A DNA stretch of 64,000 nt, from the NCBI GenBank assembly GCA_964057225.1, contig OZ059894.1, forward strand, positions 12,648,001-12,712,000, in the 5' to 3' direction. This document shows, piece after piece, positions 36,401-48,655 of the stretch. The notes below the pieces were generated by a model, which made no database searches, had not been told where the DNA came from, and saw nothing but the letters and a program-made list of their open reading frames with translations. A program made the position numbers and the translations under genes. Numbering within the stretch: the stretch's first letter is position 1; every line of letters starts with the position of its first letter. The DNA comes from Auanema rhodensis (taxonomy: Eukaryota; Animalia; Nematoda).

Positions 36401-39400
36401 ATTGTTTCAAAACTATTGTAAAAATATGAGATTGTTTCAAAATACGTGATCAAATGAAGAAAATAGAGTAAAATGAATTGGAAAATTATAAAATATTTTC
36501 ATGTTTTATTTTTTGAGTATCAAAATATTTGAAATTATAACTTCTTTACTGTTAAAAACATTATTAACTGGATGATTTGTTTCGAAATTATTGTAAAAAT
36601 ATGAGATTGTTTCAAAATACGTGATTAAATGAAGAAAATAGAGTAAAATGAATTGGAAAATTTTAAAATATTTTCATGTTTTATTTTTTGAGTATCGAAA
36701 TATTTAAAATTATATCTTCTTTACTGTTAAAAACATTATTAAATGAATGATTTGTTTCGAAATTATTGTAAAAATTTGAGATTGTTTCAAAATACGTGAT
36801 TAAATGAAGAAAATGGAGTAAAATGAATTGGAAAATTATAAAATATTTTCATGTTTCATTTTTTGAGTATCAAATAAATTAAAATTATATCTACTTTACT
36901 GTTAAAAACATTATTAACTGGATTATTTATTTCGAAATTATTGTAAAATTTAAAATTGTTCCAAGAAACATAATTAAATGAAGAAAATAGAGTAAAATGA
37001 ATTGGAAAATTTTAAAATATTTTCATGTTTTATTTTTTGAGTATCGAAATATTTAAAATTATATCTTTTTTACTGTTAAAAACATTATTAAATGAATGAT
37101 TTGTTTCGAAATTATTGTGAAAATTTGAGATTGTTTCAAAATACGTGATTAAATGAAGAAAATGGAGTAAAATGAATTGGAAAATTATAAAATATTTCCA
37201 TGTTTTATTTTCTTAGTATCAGAAAATTCAAATTAAGATCGTTTTTAATGTTTCAAATCTTAATGAACGAATTAATTGTTTCAAAACTATTGTAAAAATA
37301 TGAGATTGTTTCAAAATACGTGATTAAATGAAGGAAATGGAGTAAAATGAATTGGAAAAATATAAAATATTTTCATGTTTTATTTCTTGAGTTTCAAAAT
37401 ATTCAAACTTTTTTTTTTCACTGTTCAAAATCTTAATGAACGAATGAATTGTTTCAAAACTATTGTAAAAATTTGAGATTGTTTCAAAATACGTGATTAA
37501 ATGAAGAAAATGGAGTAAAATGAATTGGAAAATTATAAAATATTTTCATGTTTTATTTCTTGAGTTTCAAAATATTCAAACTTTTTTTTTTCACTGTTTA
37601 AAATCTTAATGAACGAATGAATTGTTTCAAAACTATTGTAAAAATATGAGATTGTTTCAAAATACGTGATTAAATGAAGAAAATGGAGTAAAATGAATTG
37701 GAAAATTATAAAATATTTCCATGTTTTATTTTCTTAGTATCAGAAAATTCAAATTAAGATCGTTTTTAATGTTTCAAATCTCAATGAACGAATGAATTGT
37801 TTCAAAACTATTGTAAAAATATGAGATTGTTTCAAAATACGTGATTAAATGAAGAAAATAGAGTAAAATGAATTGGAATATTATAAAATATTTTCATGTT
37901 TTATTTCTTGAGTATCAAAATATTCAAACTTTTTTTTTTCACTGTTTAAAATCTTAATGAACGAATGAATTGTTTCAAAACTATTGTAAAAATATGAGAT
38001 TGTTTCAAAATACGTGATTAAATGAAGAAAATGGAGTAAAATGAATTGGAAAATTATAAAATATTTCCATGTTTTATTTTCTTAGTATCAGAAAATTCAA
38101 ATTAAGATCGTTTTTAATGTTTCAAATCTTAATGAACGAATGAATTGTTTCGAAACTATTGTAAAAATATGAGATTGTTTCAAAATACGTGATTAAATGA
38201 AGAAAATAGAGTAAAATGAATTGGAATATTATAAAATATTTTCATGTTTTATTTCTTGAGTATCAAAATATTCAAACTTTTTTTTTTCACTGTTCAAAAT
38301 CTTAATGAACGAATGAATTGTTTCAAAACTATTGTAAAAATTTGAGATTGTTTCAAAATACGTGATTAAATGAAGAAAATAGAGTAAAATGAATTGGAAA
38401 ATTATAAAATATTTTCATGTTTTATTTCTTGAGTTTCAAAATATTCAAACTTTTTTTTTTCACTGTTTAAAATCTTAATGAACGAATGAATTGTTTCAAA
38501 ACTATTATAAAAATATGAGATTGTTTCAAAATACGTGATTAAATGAAGAAAATGGAGTAAAATGAATTGGAAAATTATAAAATATTTCCATGTTTTATTT
38601 TCTTAGTATCAGAAAATTCAAATTAAGATCGTTTTTAATGTTTCAAATCTCAATGAACGAATGAATTGTTTCAAAACTATTGTAAAAATATGAGATTGTT
38701 TCAAAATACGTGATTAAATGAAGAAAATGGAGTAAAATGAATTGGAAAATTATAAAATATTTCCATGTTTTATTTTCTTAGTATCAGAAAATTCAAATTA
38801 AGATCGTTTTTAATGTTTCAAATCTTAATGAACGAATGAATTGTTTCGAAACTATTGTAAAAATATGAGATTGTTTCAAAATACGTGATTAAATGAAGAA
38901 AATAGAGTAAAATGAATTGGAATATTATAAAATATTTTCATGTTTTATTTCTTGAGTATCAAAATATTCAAACTTTTTTTTTTCACTGTTTAAAATCTTA
39001 ATGAACGAATGAATTGTTTCAAAACTATTGTAAAAATTTGAGATTGTTTCAAAATACGTGATTAAATGAAGAAAATAGAGTAAAATGAATTGGAAAATTA
39101 TAAAATATTTTCATGTTTTATTTCTTGAGTTTCAAAATATTCAAACTTTTTTTTTTCACTGTTTAAAATCTTAATGAACGAATGAATTGTTTCAAAACTA
39201 TTGTAAAAATATGAGATTGTTTCAAAATACGTGATTAAATGAAGAAAATGGAGTAAAATGAATTGGAAAATTATAAAATATTTCCATGTTTTATTTTCTT
39301 AGTATCAGAAAATTCAAATTAAGATTGTTTTTAATGTTTCAAATCTTAATGAACGAATTAATTGTTTCAAAACTATTGTAAAAATATGAGATTGTTTCAA

Positions 39401-42400
39401 AATACGTGATTAAATGAAGAAAATAGAGTAAAATGAATTGGAATATTTTAAAATATTTTCATGTTTTATTTCTTGAGTATCAAAATATTCAAACTTTTTT
39501 TTTTCACTGTTTAAAATCTCAATGAACGAATGAATTGTTTCAAAACTATTGTAAAAATATGAGATTGTTTCAAAATACGTGATTAAATGAAGAAAATGGA
39601 GTAAAATGAATTGGAAAATTATAAAATATTTTCATGTTTTATTTCTTGAGTTTCAAAATATTCAAACTTTTTTTTTTCACTATTCAAAATCTTAATGAAC
39701 GAATGAATTGTTTCAAAACTATTGTAAAAATATGAGATTGTTTCAAAATACGTGATTAAATGAAGAAAATGGAGTAAAATGAATTGGAAAATTATAAAAT
39801 ATTTCCATGTTTTATTTTTTTAGTATCAGAAAATTCAAATTAAGATCGTTTTTAATGTTTCAAATCTCAATGAACGAATGAATTGTTTCAAAACTATTGT
39901 AAAAATATGAGATTGTTTCAAAATACGTGATTAAATGAAGAAAATGGAGTAAAATGAATTGGAAAATTATAAAATATTTTCATGTTTTATTTCTTGAGTT
40001 TCAAAATATTCAAACTTTTTTTTTTCACTGTTTAAAATCTTAATGAACGAATGAATTGTTTCAAAACTATTGTAAAAATATGAGATTGTTTCAAAATACG
40101 TGATTAAATGAAGAAAATGGAGTAAAATGAATTGGAAAATTATAAAATATTTTCATGTTTTATTTCTTGAGTTTCAAAATATTCAAACTTTTTTTTTTCA
40201 CTGTTTAAAATCTTAATGAACGAATGAATTGTTTCAAAACTATTGTAAAAATATGAGATTGTTTCAAAATACGTGATTAAATGAAGAAAATGGAGTAAAA
40301 TGAATTGGAAAATTATAAAATATTTCCATGTTCTATTTTTTTAGTATCAGAAAATTCAAATTAAGATCGTTTTTAATGTTTCAAATCTCAATGAACGAAT
40401 GAATTGTTTCAAAACTATTGTAAAAATATGAGATTGTTTCAAAATACGTGATCAAATGAAGAAAATAGAGTAAAATGAATTGGAAAATTATAAAATATTT
40501 TCATGTTTTATTTTTTGAGTATCAAAATATTTGAAATTATAACTTCTTTACTGTTAAAAACATTATTAACTGGATGATTTGTTTCGAAATTATTGTAAAA
40601 ATATGAGATTGTTTCAAAATACGTGATTAAATGAAGAAAATAGAGTAAAATGAATTGGAAAATTTTAAAATATTTTCATGTTTTATTTTTTGAGTATCGA
40701 AATATTTAAAATTATATCTTCTTTACTGTTAAAAACATTATTAAATGAATGATTTGTTTCGAAATTATTGTAAAAATTTGAGATTGTTTCAAAATACGTG
40801 ATTAAATGAAGAAAATGGAGTAAAATGAATTGGAAAATTATAAAATATTTTCATGTTTCATTTTTTGAGTATCAAATAAATTAAAATTATATCTACTTTA
40901 CTGTTAAAAACATTATTAACTGGATTATTTATTTCGAAATTATTGTAAAATTTAAAATTGTTCCAAGAAACATAATTAAATGAAGAAAATAGAGTAAAAT
41001 GAATTGGAAAATTTTAAAATATTTTCATGTTTTATTTTTTGAGTATCGAAATATTTAAAATTATATCTTCTTCACTGTTAAAAACATTATTAAATGAATG
41101 ATTTGTTTCGAAATTATTGTAAAAATTTGAGATTGTTTCAAAATACGTGATTAAATGAAGAAAATGGAGTAAAATGAATTGGAAAATTATAAAATATTTC
41201 CATGTTTTATTTTCTTAGTATCAGAAAATTCAAATTAAGATCGTTTTTAATGTTTCAAATCTTAATGAACGAATTAATTGTTTCAAAACTATTGTAAAAA
41301 TATGAGATTGTTTCAAAATACGTGATTAAATGAAGGAAATGGAGTAAAATGAATTGGAAAAATATAAAATATTTTCATGTTTTATTTCTTGAGTTTCAAA
41401 ATATTCAAACTTTTTTTTTTCACTGTTCAAAATCTTAATGAACGAATGAATTGTTTCAAAACTATTGTAAAAATTTGAGATTGTTTCAAAATACGTGATT
41501 AAATGAAGAAAATGGAGTAAAATGAATTGGAAAATTATAAAATATTTTCATGTTTCATTTTTTGAGTATCAAATAAATTAAAATTATATCTACTTTACTG
41601 TTAAAAACATTATTAACTGGATTATTTATTTCGAAATTATTGTAAAATTTAAAATTGTTCCAAGAAACATAATTAAATGAAGAAAATAGAGTAAAATGAA
41701 TTGGAAAATTTTAAAATATTTTCATGTTTTATTTTTTGAGTATCGAAATATTTAAAATTATATCTTCTTTACTGTTAAAAACATTATTAAATGAATGATT
41801 TGTTTCGAAATTATTGTAAAAATTTGAGATTGTTTCAAAATACGTGATTAAATGAAGAAAATGGAGTAAAATGAATTGGAAAATTATAAAATATTTCCAT
41901 GTTTTATTTTCTTAGTATCAGAAAATTCAAATTAAGATCGTTTTTAATGTTTCAAATCTTAATGAACGAATTAATTGTTTCAAAACTATTGTAAAAATAT
42001 GAGATTGTTTCAAAATACGTGATTAAATGAAGGAAATGGAGTAAAATGAACTGGAAAAATATAAAATATTTTCATGTTTTGTTTCTTGAGTTTCAAAATA
42101 TTCAAACTTTTTTTTTTCACTGTTCAAAATCTTAATGAACGAATGAATTGTTTCAAAACTATTGTAAAAATTTGAGATTGTTTCAAAATACGTGATTAAA
42201 TGAAGAAAATGGAGTAAAATGAATTGGAAAATTATAAAATATTTCCATGTTTTATTTTTTTAGTATCAAAATATTCAAAATTATATCTTTTTTACTGTTA
42301 AAAACATTATTAACTGGATGATTTGTTTCGAAATTATTGCAAAAATATGAGATTGTTTCAAAATACGTGATTAAATGAAGAAAATGGAGTAAAATGAATT

Positions 42401-45400
42401 GGAAAATTATAAAATATTTTCCTGTTTTATTTCTTGAGTTTCAAAATATTCAAACTTTTTTTTTTCACTGTTTAAAATCTTAATGAACGAATGAATTGTT
42501 TCAAAACTATTGTAAAAATATGAGATTGTTTCAAAATACGTGATTAAATGAAGAAAATAGAGTAAAATGAATTGGAATATTATAAAATATTTTCATGTTT
42601 TATTTCTTGAGTATCAAAATATTCAAACTTTTTTTTTTCACTGTTTAAAATCTTAATGAACGAATGAATTGTTTCAAAACTATTGTAAAAATATGAGATT
42701 GTTTCAAAATACGTGATTAAATGAAGAAAATGGAGTAAAATGAATTGGAAAATTATAAAATATTTTCATGTTTTATTTCTTGAGTTTCAAAATATTCAAA
42801 CTTTTTTTTTTCACTGTTTAAAATCTTAATGAACGAATGAATTGTTTCAAAACTATTGTAAAAATATGAGATTGTTTCAAAATACGTGATTAAATGAAGA
42901 AAATGGAGTAAAATGAATTGGAAAATTATAAAATATTTCCATGTTTTATTTTCTTAGTATCAGAAAATTCAAATTAAGATCGTTTTTAATGTTTCAAATC
43001 TCAATGAACGAATGAATTGTTTCAAAACTATTGTAAAAATATGAGATTGTTTCAAAATACGTGATTAAATGAAGAAAATAGAGTAAAATGAATTGGAATA
43101 TTATAAAATATTTTCATGTTTTATTTCTTGAGTATCAAAATATTCAAACTTTTTTTTTTCACTGTTTAAAATCTTAATGAACGAATGAATTGTTTCAAAA
43201 CTATTGTAAAAATTTGAGATTGTTTCAAAATACGTGATTAAATGAAGAAAATGGAGTAAAATGAATTGGAAAATTATAAAATATTTCCATGTTTTATTTT
43301 CTTAGTATCAGAAAATTCAAATTAAGATCGTTTTTAATGTTTCAAATCTTAATGAACGAATGAATTGTTTCGAAACTATTGTAAAAATATGAGATTGTTT
43401 CAAAATACGTGATTAAATGAAGAAAATGGAGTAAAATGAATTGGAAAATTATAAAATATTTCCATGTTTTATTTTTTTAGTATCAGAAAATTCAAATTAA
43501 GATTGTTTTTAATGTTTCAAATCTCAATGAACGAATGAATTGTTTCAAAACTATTGTGAAAATATGAGATTGTTTCAAAATACGTGATTAAATGAAGAAA
43601 ATGAAGTAAAATGAATTGGAAAATTATAAAATATTTTCATGTTTTATTTCTTGAGTATCAAAATATTCAAAATTATATCTTTTTTACTGTTAAAAACATT
43701 ATTAACTGGATGATTTGTTTCGAAATTATTGCAAAAATATGAGATTGTTTCAAAATACGTGATTAAATGAAGAAAATGGAGTAAAATGAATTGGAAAATT
43801 ATAAAATATTTTCCTGTTTTATTTCTTGAGTTTCAAAATATTCAAACTTTTTTTTTTCACTGTTTAAAATCTTAATGAACGAATGAATTGTTTCAAAACT
43901 ATTGTAAAAATATGAGATTGTTTCAAAATACGTGATTAAATGAAGAAAATGGAGTAAAATGAATTGGAAAATTATAAAATATTTCCATGTTCTATTTTTT
44001 TAGTATCAGAAAATTCAAATTAAGATCGTTTTTAATGTTTCAAATCTCAATGAACGAATGAATTGTTTCAAAACTATTGTAAAAATATGAGATTGTTTCA
44101 AAATACGTGATCAAATGAAGAAAATAGAGTAAAATGAATTGGAAAATTATAAAATATTTTCATGTTTTATTTTTTGAGTATCAAAATATTTGAAATTATA
44201 ACTTCTTTACTGTTAAAAACATTATTAACTGGATGATTTGTTTCGAAATTATTGTAAAAATATGAGATTGTTTCAAAATACGTGATTAAATGAAGAAAAT
44301 AGAGTAAAATGAATTGGAAAATTTTAAAATATTTTCATGTTTTATTTTTTGAGTATCGAAATATTTAAAATTATATCTTCTTTACTGTTAAAAACATTAT
44401 TAAATGAATGATTTGTTTCGAAATTATTGTAAAAATTTGAGATTGTTTCAAAATACGTGATTAAATGAAGAAAATGGAGTAAAATGAATTGGAAAATTAT
44501 AAAATATTTTCATGTTTCATTTTTTGAGTATCAAATAAATTAAAATTATATCTACTTTACTGTTAAAAACATTATTAACTGGATTATTTATTTCGAAATT
44601 ATTGTAAAATTTAAAATTGTTCCAAGAAACATAATTAAATGAAGAAAATAGAGTAAAATGAATTGGAAAATTTTAAAATATTTTCATGTTTTATTTTTTG
44701 AGTATCGAAATATTTAAAATTATATCTTCTTTACTGTTAAAAACATTATTAAATGAATGATTTGTTTCGAAATTATTGTAAAAATTTGAGATTGTTTCAA
44801 AATACGTGATTAAATGAAGAAAATGGAGTAAAATGAATTGGAAAATTATAAAATATTTCCATGTTTTATTTTCTTAGTATCAGAAAATTCAAATTAAGAT
44901 CGTTTTTAATGTTTCAAATCTTAATGAACGAATTAATTGTTTCAAAACTATTGTAAAAATATGAGATTGTTTCAAAATACGTGATTAAATGAAGGAAATG
45001 GAGTAAAATGAATTGGAAAAATATAAAATATTTTCATGTTTTATTTCTTGAGTTTCAAAATATTCAAACTTTTTTTTTTCACTGTTCAAAATCTTAATGA
45101 ACGAATGAATTGTTTCAAAACTATTGTAAAAATTTGAGATTGTTTCAAAATACGTGATTAAATGAAGAAAATGGAGTAAAATGAATTGGAAAATTATAAA
45201 ATATTTTCATGTTTCATTTTTTGAGTATCAAATAAATTAAAATTATATCTACTTTACTGTTAAAAACATTATTAACTGGATTATTTATTTCGAAATTATT
45301 GTAAAATTTAAAATTGTTCCAAGAAACATAATTAAATGAAGAAAATAGAGTAAAATGAATTGGAAAATTTTAAAATATTTTCATGTTTTATTTTTTGAGT

Positions 45401-47275
45401 ATCGAAATATTTAAAATTATATCTTCTTTACTGTTAAAAACATTATTAAATGAATGATTTGTTTCGAAATTATTGTAAAAATTTGAGATTGTTTCAAAAT
45501 ACGTGATTAAATGAAGAAAATGGAGTAAAATGAATTGGAAAATTATAAAATATTTCCATGTTTTATTTTCTTAGTATCAGAAAATTCAAATTAAGATCGT
45601 TTTTAATGTTTCAAATCTTAATGAACGAATTAATTGTTTCAAAACTATTGTAAAAATATGAGATTGTTTCAAAATACGTGATTAAATGAAGGAAATGGAG
45701 TAAAATGAACTGGAAAAATATAAAATATTTTCATGTTTTATTTCTTGAGTTTCAAAATATTCAAACTTTTTTTTTTCACTGTTCAAAATCTTAATGAACG
45801 AATGAATTGTTTCAAAACTATTGTAAAAATTTGAGATTGTTTCAAAATACGTGATTAAATGAAGAAAATGGAGTAAAATGAATTGGAAAATTATAAAATA
45901 TTTCCATGTTTTATTTTTTTAGTATCAAAATATTCAAAATTATATCTTTTTTACTGTTAAAAACATTATTAACTGGATGATTTGTTTCGAAATTATTGCA
46001 AAAATATGAGATTGTTTCAAAATACGTGATTAAATGAAGAAAATGGAGTAAAATGAATTGGAAAATTATAAAATATTTTCCTGTTTTATTTCTTGAGTTT
46101 CAAAATATTCAAACTTTTTTTTTTCACTGTTTAAAATCTTAATGAACGAATGAATTGTTTCAAAACTATTGTAAAAATATGAGATTGTTTCAAAATACGT
46201 GATTAAATGAAGAAAATAGAGTAAAATGAATTGGAATATTATAAAATATTTTCATGTTTTATTTCTTGAGTATCAAAATATTCAAACTTTTTTTTTTCAC
46301 TGTTTAAAATCTTAATGAACGAATGAATTGTTTCAAAACTATTGTAAAAATATGAGATTGTTTCAAAATACGTGATTAAATGAAGAAAATGGAGTAAAAT
46401 GAATTGGAAAATTATAAAATATTTTCATGTTTTATTTCTTGAGTTTCAAAATATTCAAACTTTTTTTTTTCACTGTTTAAAATCTTAATGAACGAATGAA
46501 TTGTTTCAAAACTATTGTAAAAATATGAGATTGTTTCAAAATACGTGATTAAATGAAGAAAATGGAGTAAAATGAATTGGAAAATTATAAAATATTTCCA
46601 TGTTTTATTTTCTTAGTATCAGAAAATTCAAATTAAGATCGTTTTTAATGTTTCAAATCTCAATGAACGAATGAATTGTTTCAAAACTATTGTAAAAATA
46701 TGAGATTGTTTCAAAATACGTGATTAAATGAAGAAAATAGAGTAAAATGAATTGGAATATTATAAAATATTTTCATGTTTTATTTCTTGAGTATCAAAAT
46801 ATTCAAACTTTTTTTTTTCACTGTTTAAAATCTTAATGAACGAATGAATTGTTTCAAAACTATTGTAAAAATTTGAGATTGTTTCAAAATACGTGATTAA
46901 ATGAAGAAAATGGAGTAAAATGAATTGGAAAATTATAAAATATTTCCATGTTTTATTTTCTTAGTATCAGAAAATTCAAATTAAGATCGTTTTTAATGTT
47001 TCAAATCTTAATGAACGAATGAATTGTTTCGAAACTATTGTAAAAATATGAGATTGTTTCAAAATACGTGATTAAATGAAGAAAATGGAGTAAAATGAAT
47101 TGGAAAATTATAAAATATTTCCATGTTTTATTTTTTTAGTATCAGAAAATTCAAATTAAGATTGTTTTTAATGTTTCAAATCTCAATGAACGAATGAATT
47201 GTTTCAAAACTATTGTGAAAATATGAGATTGTTTCAAAATACGTGATTAAATGAAGAAAATGGAGTAAAATGAAT
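21429..47275. repeat. Tandem satellite array, middle segment (about 148 monomers; A, B and C types)
   Basis: Same monomer family resumes in register after the TSD. Type-C cassettes start at 24950, 31038, 34173, 36438, 40440 and 44099. Confidence 0.99.
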
Positions 47276-47475
47276 NNNNNNNNNNNNNNNNNNNNNNNNN
47301 NNNNNNNNNNNNNNNNNNNNNNNNNNNNNNNNNNNNNNNNNNNNNNNNNNNNNNNNNNNNNNNNNNNNNNNNNNNNNNNNNNNNNNNNNNNNNNNNNNNN
47401 NNNNNNNNNNNNNNNNNNNNNNNNNNNNNNNNNNNNNNNNNNNNNNNNNNNNNNNNNNNNNNNNNNNNNNNNNNN
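47276..47475. other. Assembly gap (200 N)
   Basis: Exactly 200 N, a fixed-size scaffolding placeholder. True length is unknown. Confidence 0.99.
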
Positions 47476-48655
47476 TGCTAAGCGAGTCGTTGAAGATGAA
47501 CCTGAATTGTCTGCAAACCCTGATGCCAATGCTACACTGCAGTATTGGAAGAACATTGTTGGAGTTGAGAGAAAGTTTAAAGCATTGCCCATTCTCAGAC
47601 AATGGGGTGAGCATGCGAAAAATGTCACGAGTAACTCCTCCTCAGTGTGTGTTTGGACAGAAAGTTGGAGAGAGGTGATGAGTAAGGACCAAACCTTGGA
47701 AAGCGCCAGGGCCTGATGGAATACGAGCTTTTTGGTGGAAGGCTTTGCCGGCTGCTAATCAGTTTCTTTCTACATGGACTTGTAAAATGCTGGAAGGATT
47801 GGAAATATTTCCAGAATGGGTAGCCCGCGGGAGAATTGTGATGATTCCCAAAGCAATGGCGCCTCAGATCCTAAGGATCAAAGGCCGATAGCGTGCTTGA
47901 ATATAGCCGCCAAGTGTCTAACTGCAATGTTAGCTAAAAAGATTAAGCCAGCCCTTGACTTGGTTATTCCTAGTGAACAAAGAGCTTTAAAGAAAAAGAA
48001 TGGGGTGTAACCCATGCGAGAGTACTTGATGCCACTGTGTTAGCTGATTTTCGCTTTGGAAAAAGTGGAAAGCAACTACACTTGTGCGTGGATAGATTAT
48101 TCGAAAGCCTTTGATTCGGTGCCCCATGGTTACATCATATGGCTTTTAGCCAAATGTGGATTTGCGCCAACTACAGGAATCTCTATAGTAAATTTCTGAG
48201 AGCTCTTACTTATCAGTATGAAGTGAGAGGGGAAGTTCGTGAGTGTTAAGAGTGGACCATTAAAGGTTAAATGTGGGATTCCACAGGGTGATACGTTGTC
48301 TCCACTATTGTTTTGTCTAGCTGTTTCACCAATATCATATCTATTAAGAAACGAAAGCGGTTACCGTGTAAGTCACGGCGCGAGCAGTAAGGGGGGCCTG
48401 CTAAATTAAGTATATCACACATATATTATGTTGATGACTTAAAACTTTATGCTTCTTCGCGAAGTATATTGTTTAAAAACATAAGGTCTGTGCGGAAACT
48501 CTCTAAAGCTATTAATTTAGATCTTAATCCCAAAAAATGTGCTACCATACATTTGGGAACTCAGTCAGGATTGGCTGTGACGAAATCCCGATCTTATCTA
48601 GTGCGTATAAATACTTAGGGATTGAACAAGCTAGTGTAGATTGTGCGGACAAAGC
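47476..48655 (+). mobile_element. Fragment of a non-LTR retrotransposon reverse transcriptase (RLE-type, R4/Dong-like), frameshifted and truncated at both ends
   Basis: Stitching frames gives KPWKAPGPDGIRAFWWK, RPIACLNIAAKCLT, SEQRA, AWIDYSKAFDSVPH, GIPQGDTLSPLLFCLA, HIYYVDDLKLYA, LNPKKC and YKYLG, which are LINE RT domains 0-7. It is visibly more GC-rich than its flanks. The clade call rests on motif resemblance only. Confidence 0.9.

Noticed and set aside
47176-47716. ORFs spanning the N gap (150, 126 and 148 aa) and the 62-aa ORF at 47490
   Set aside because: Artefacts of reading through Ns or off-frame. Only the post-gap part of the + strand 47270-47716 frame belongs to the broken RT.
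47816-48010. 64-aa ORF as a stand-alone gene
   Set aside because: It is one frame segment (RPIACLN...SEQRA) of the frameshifted non-LTR RT.
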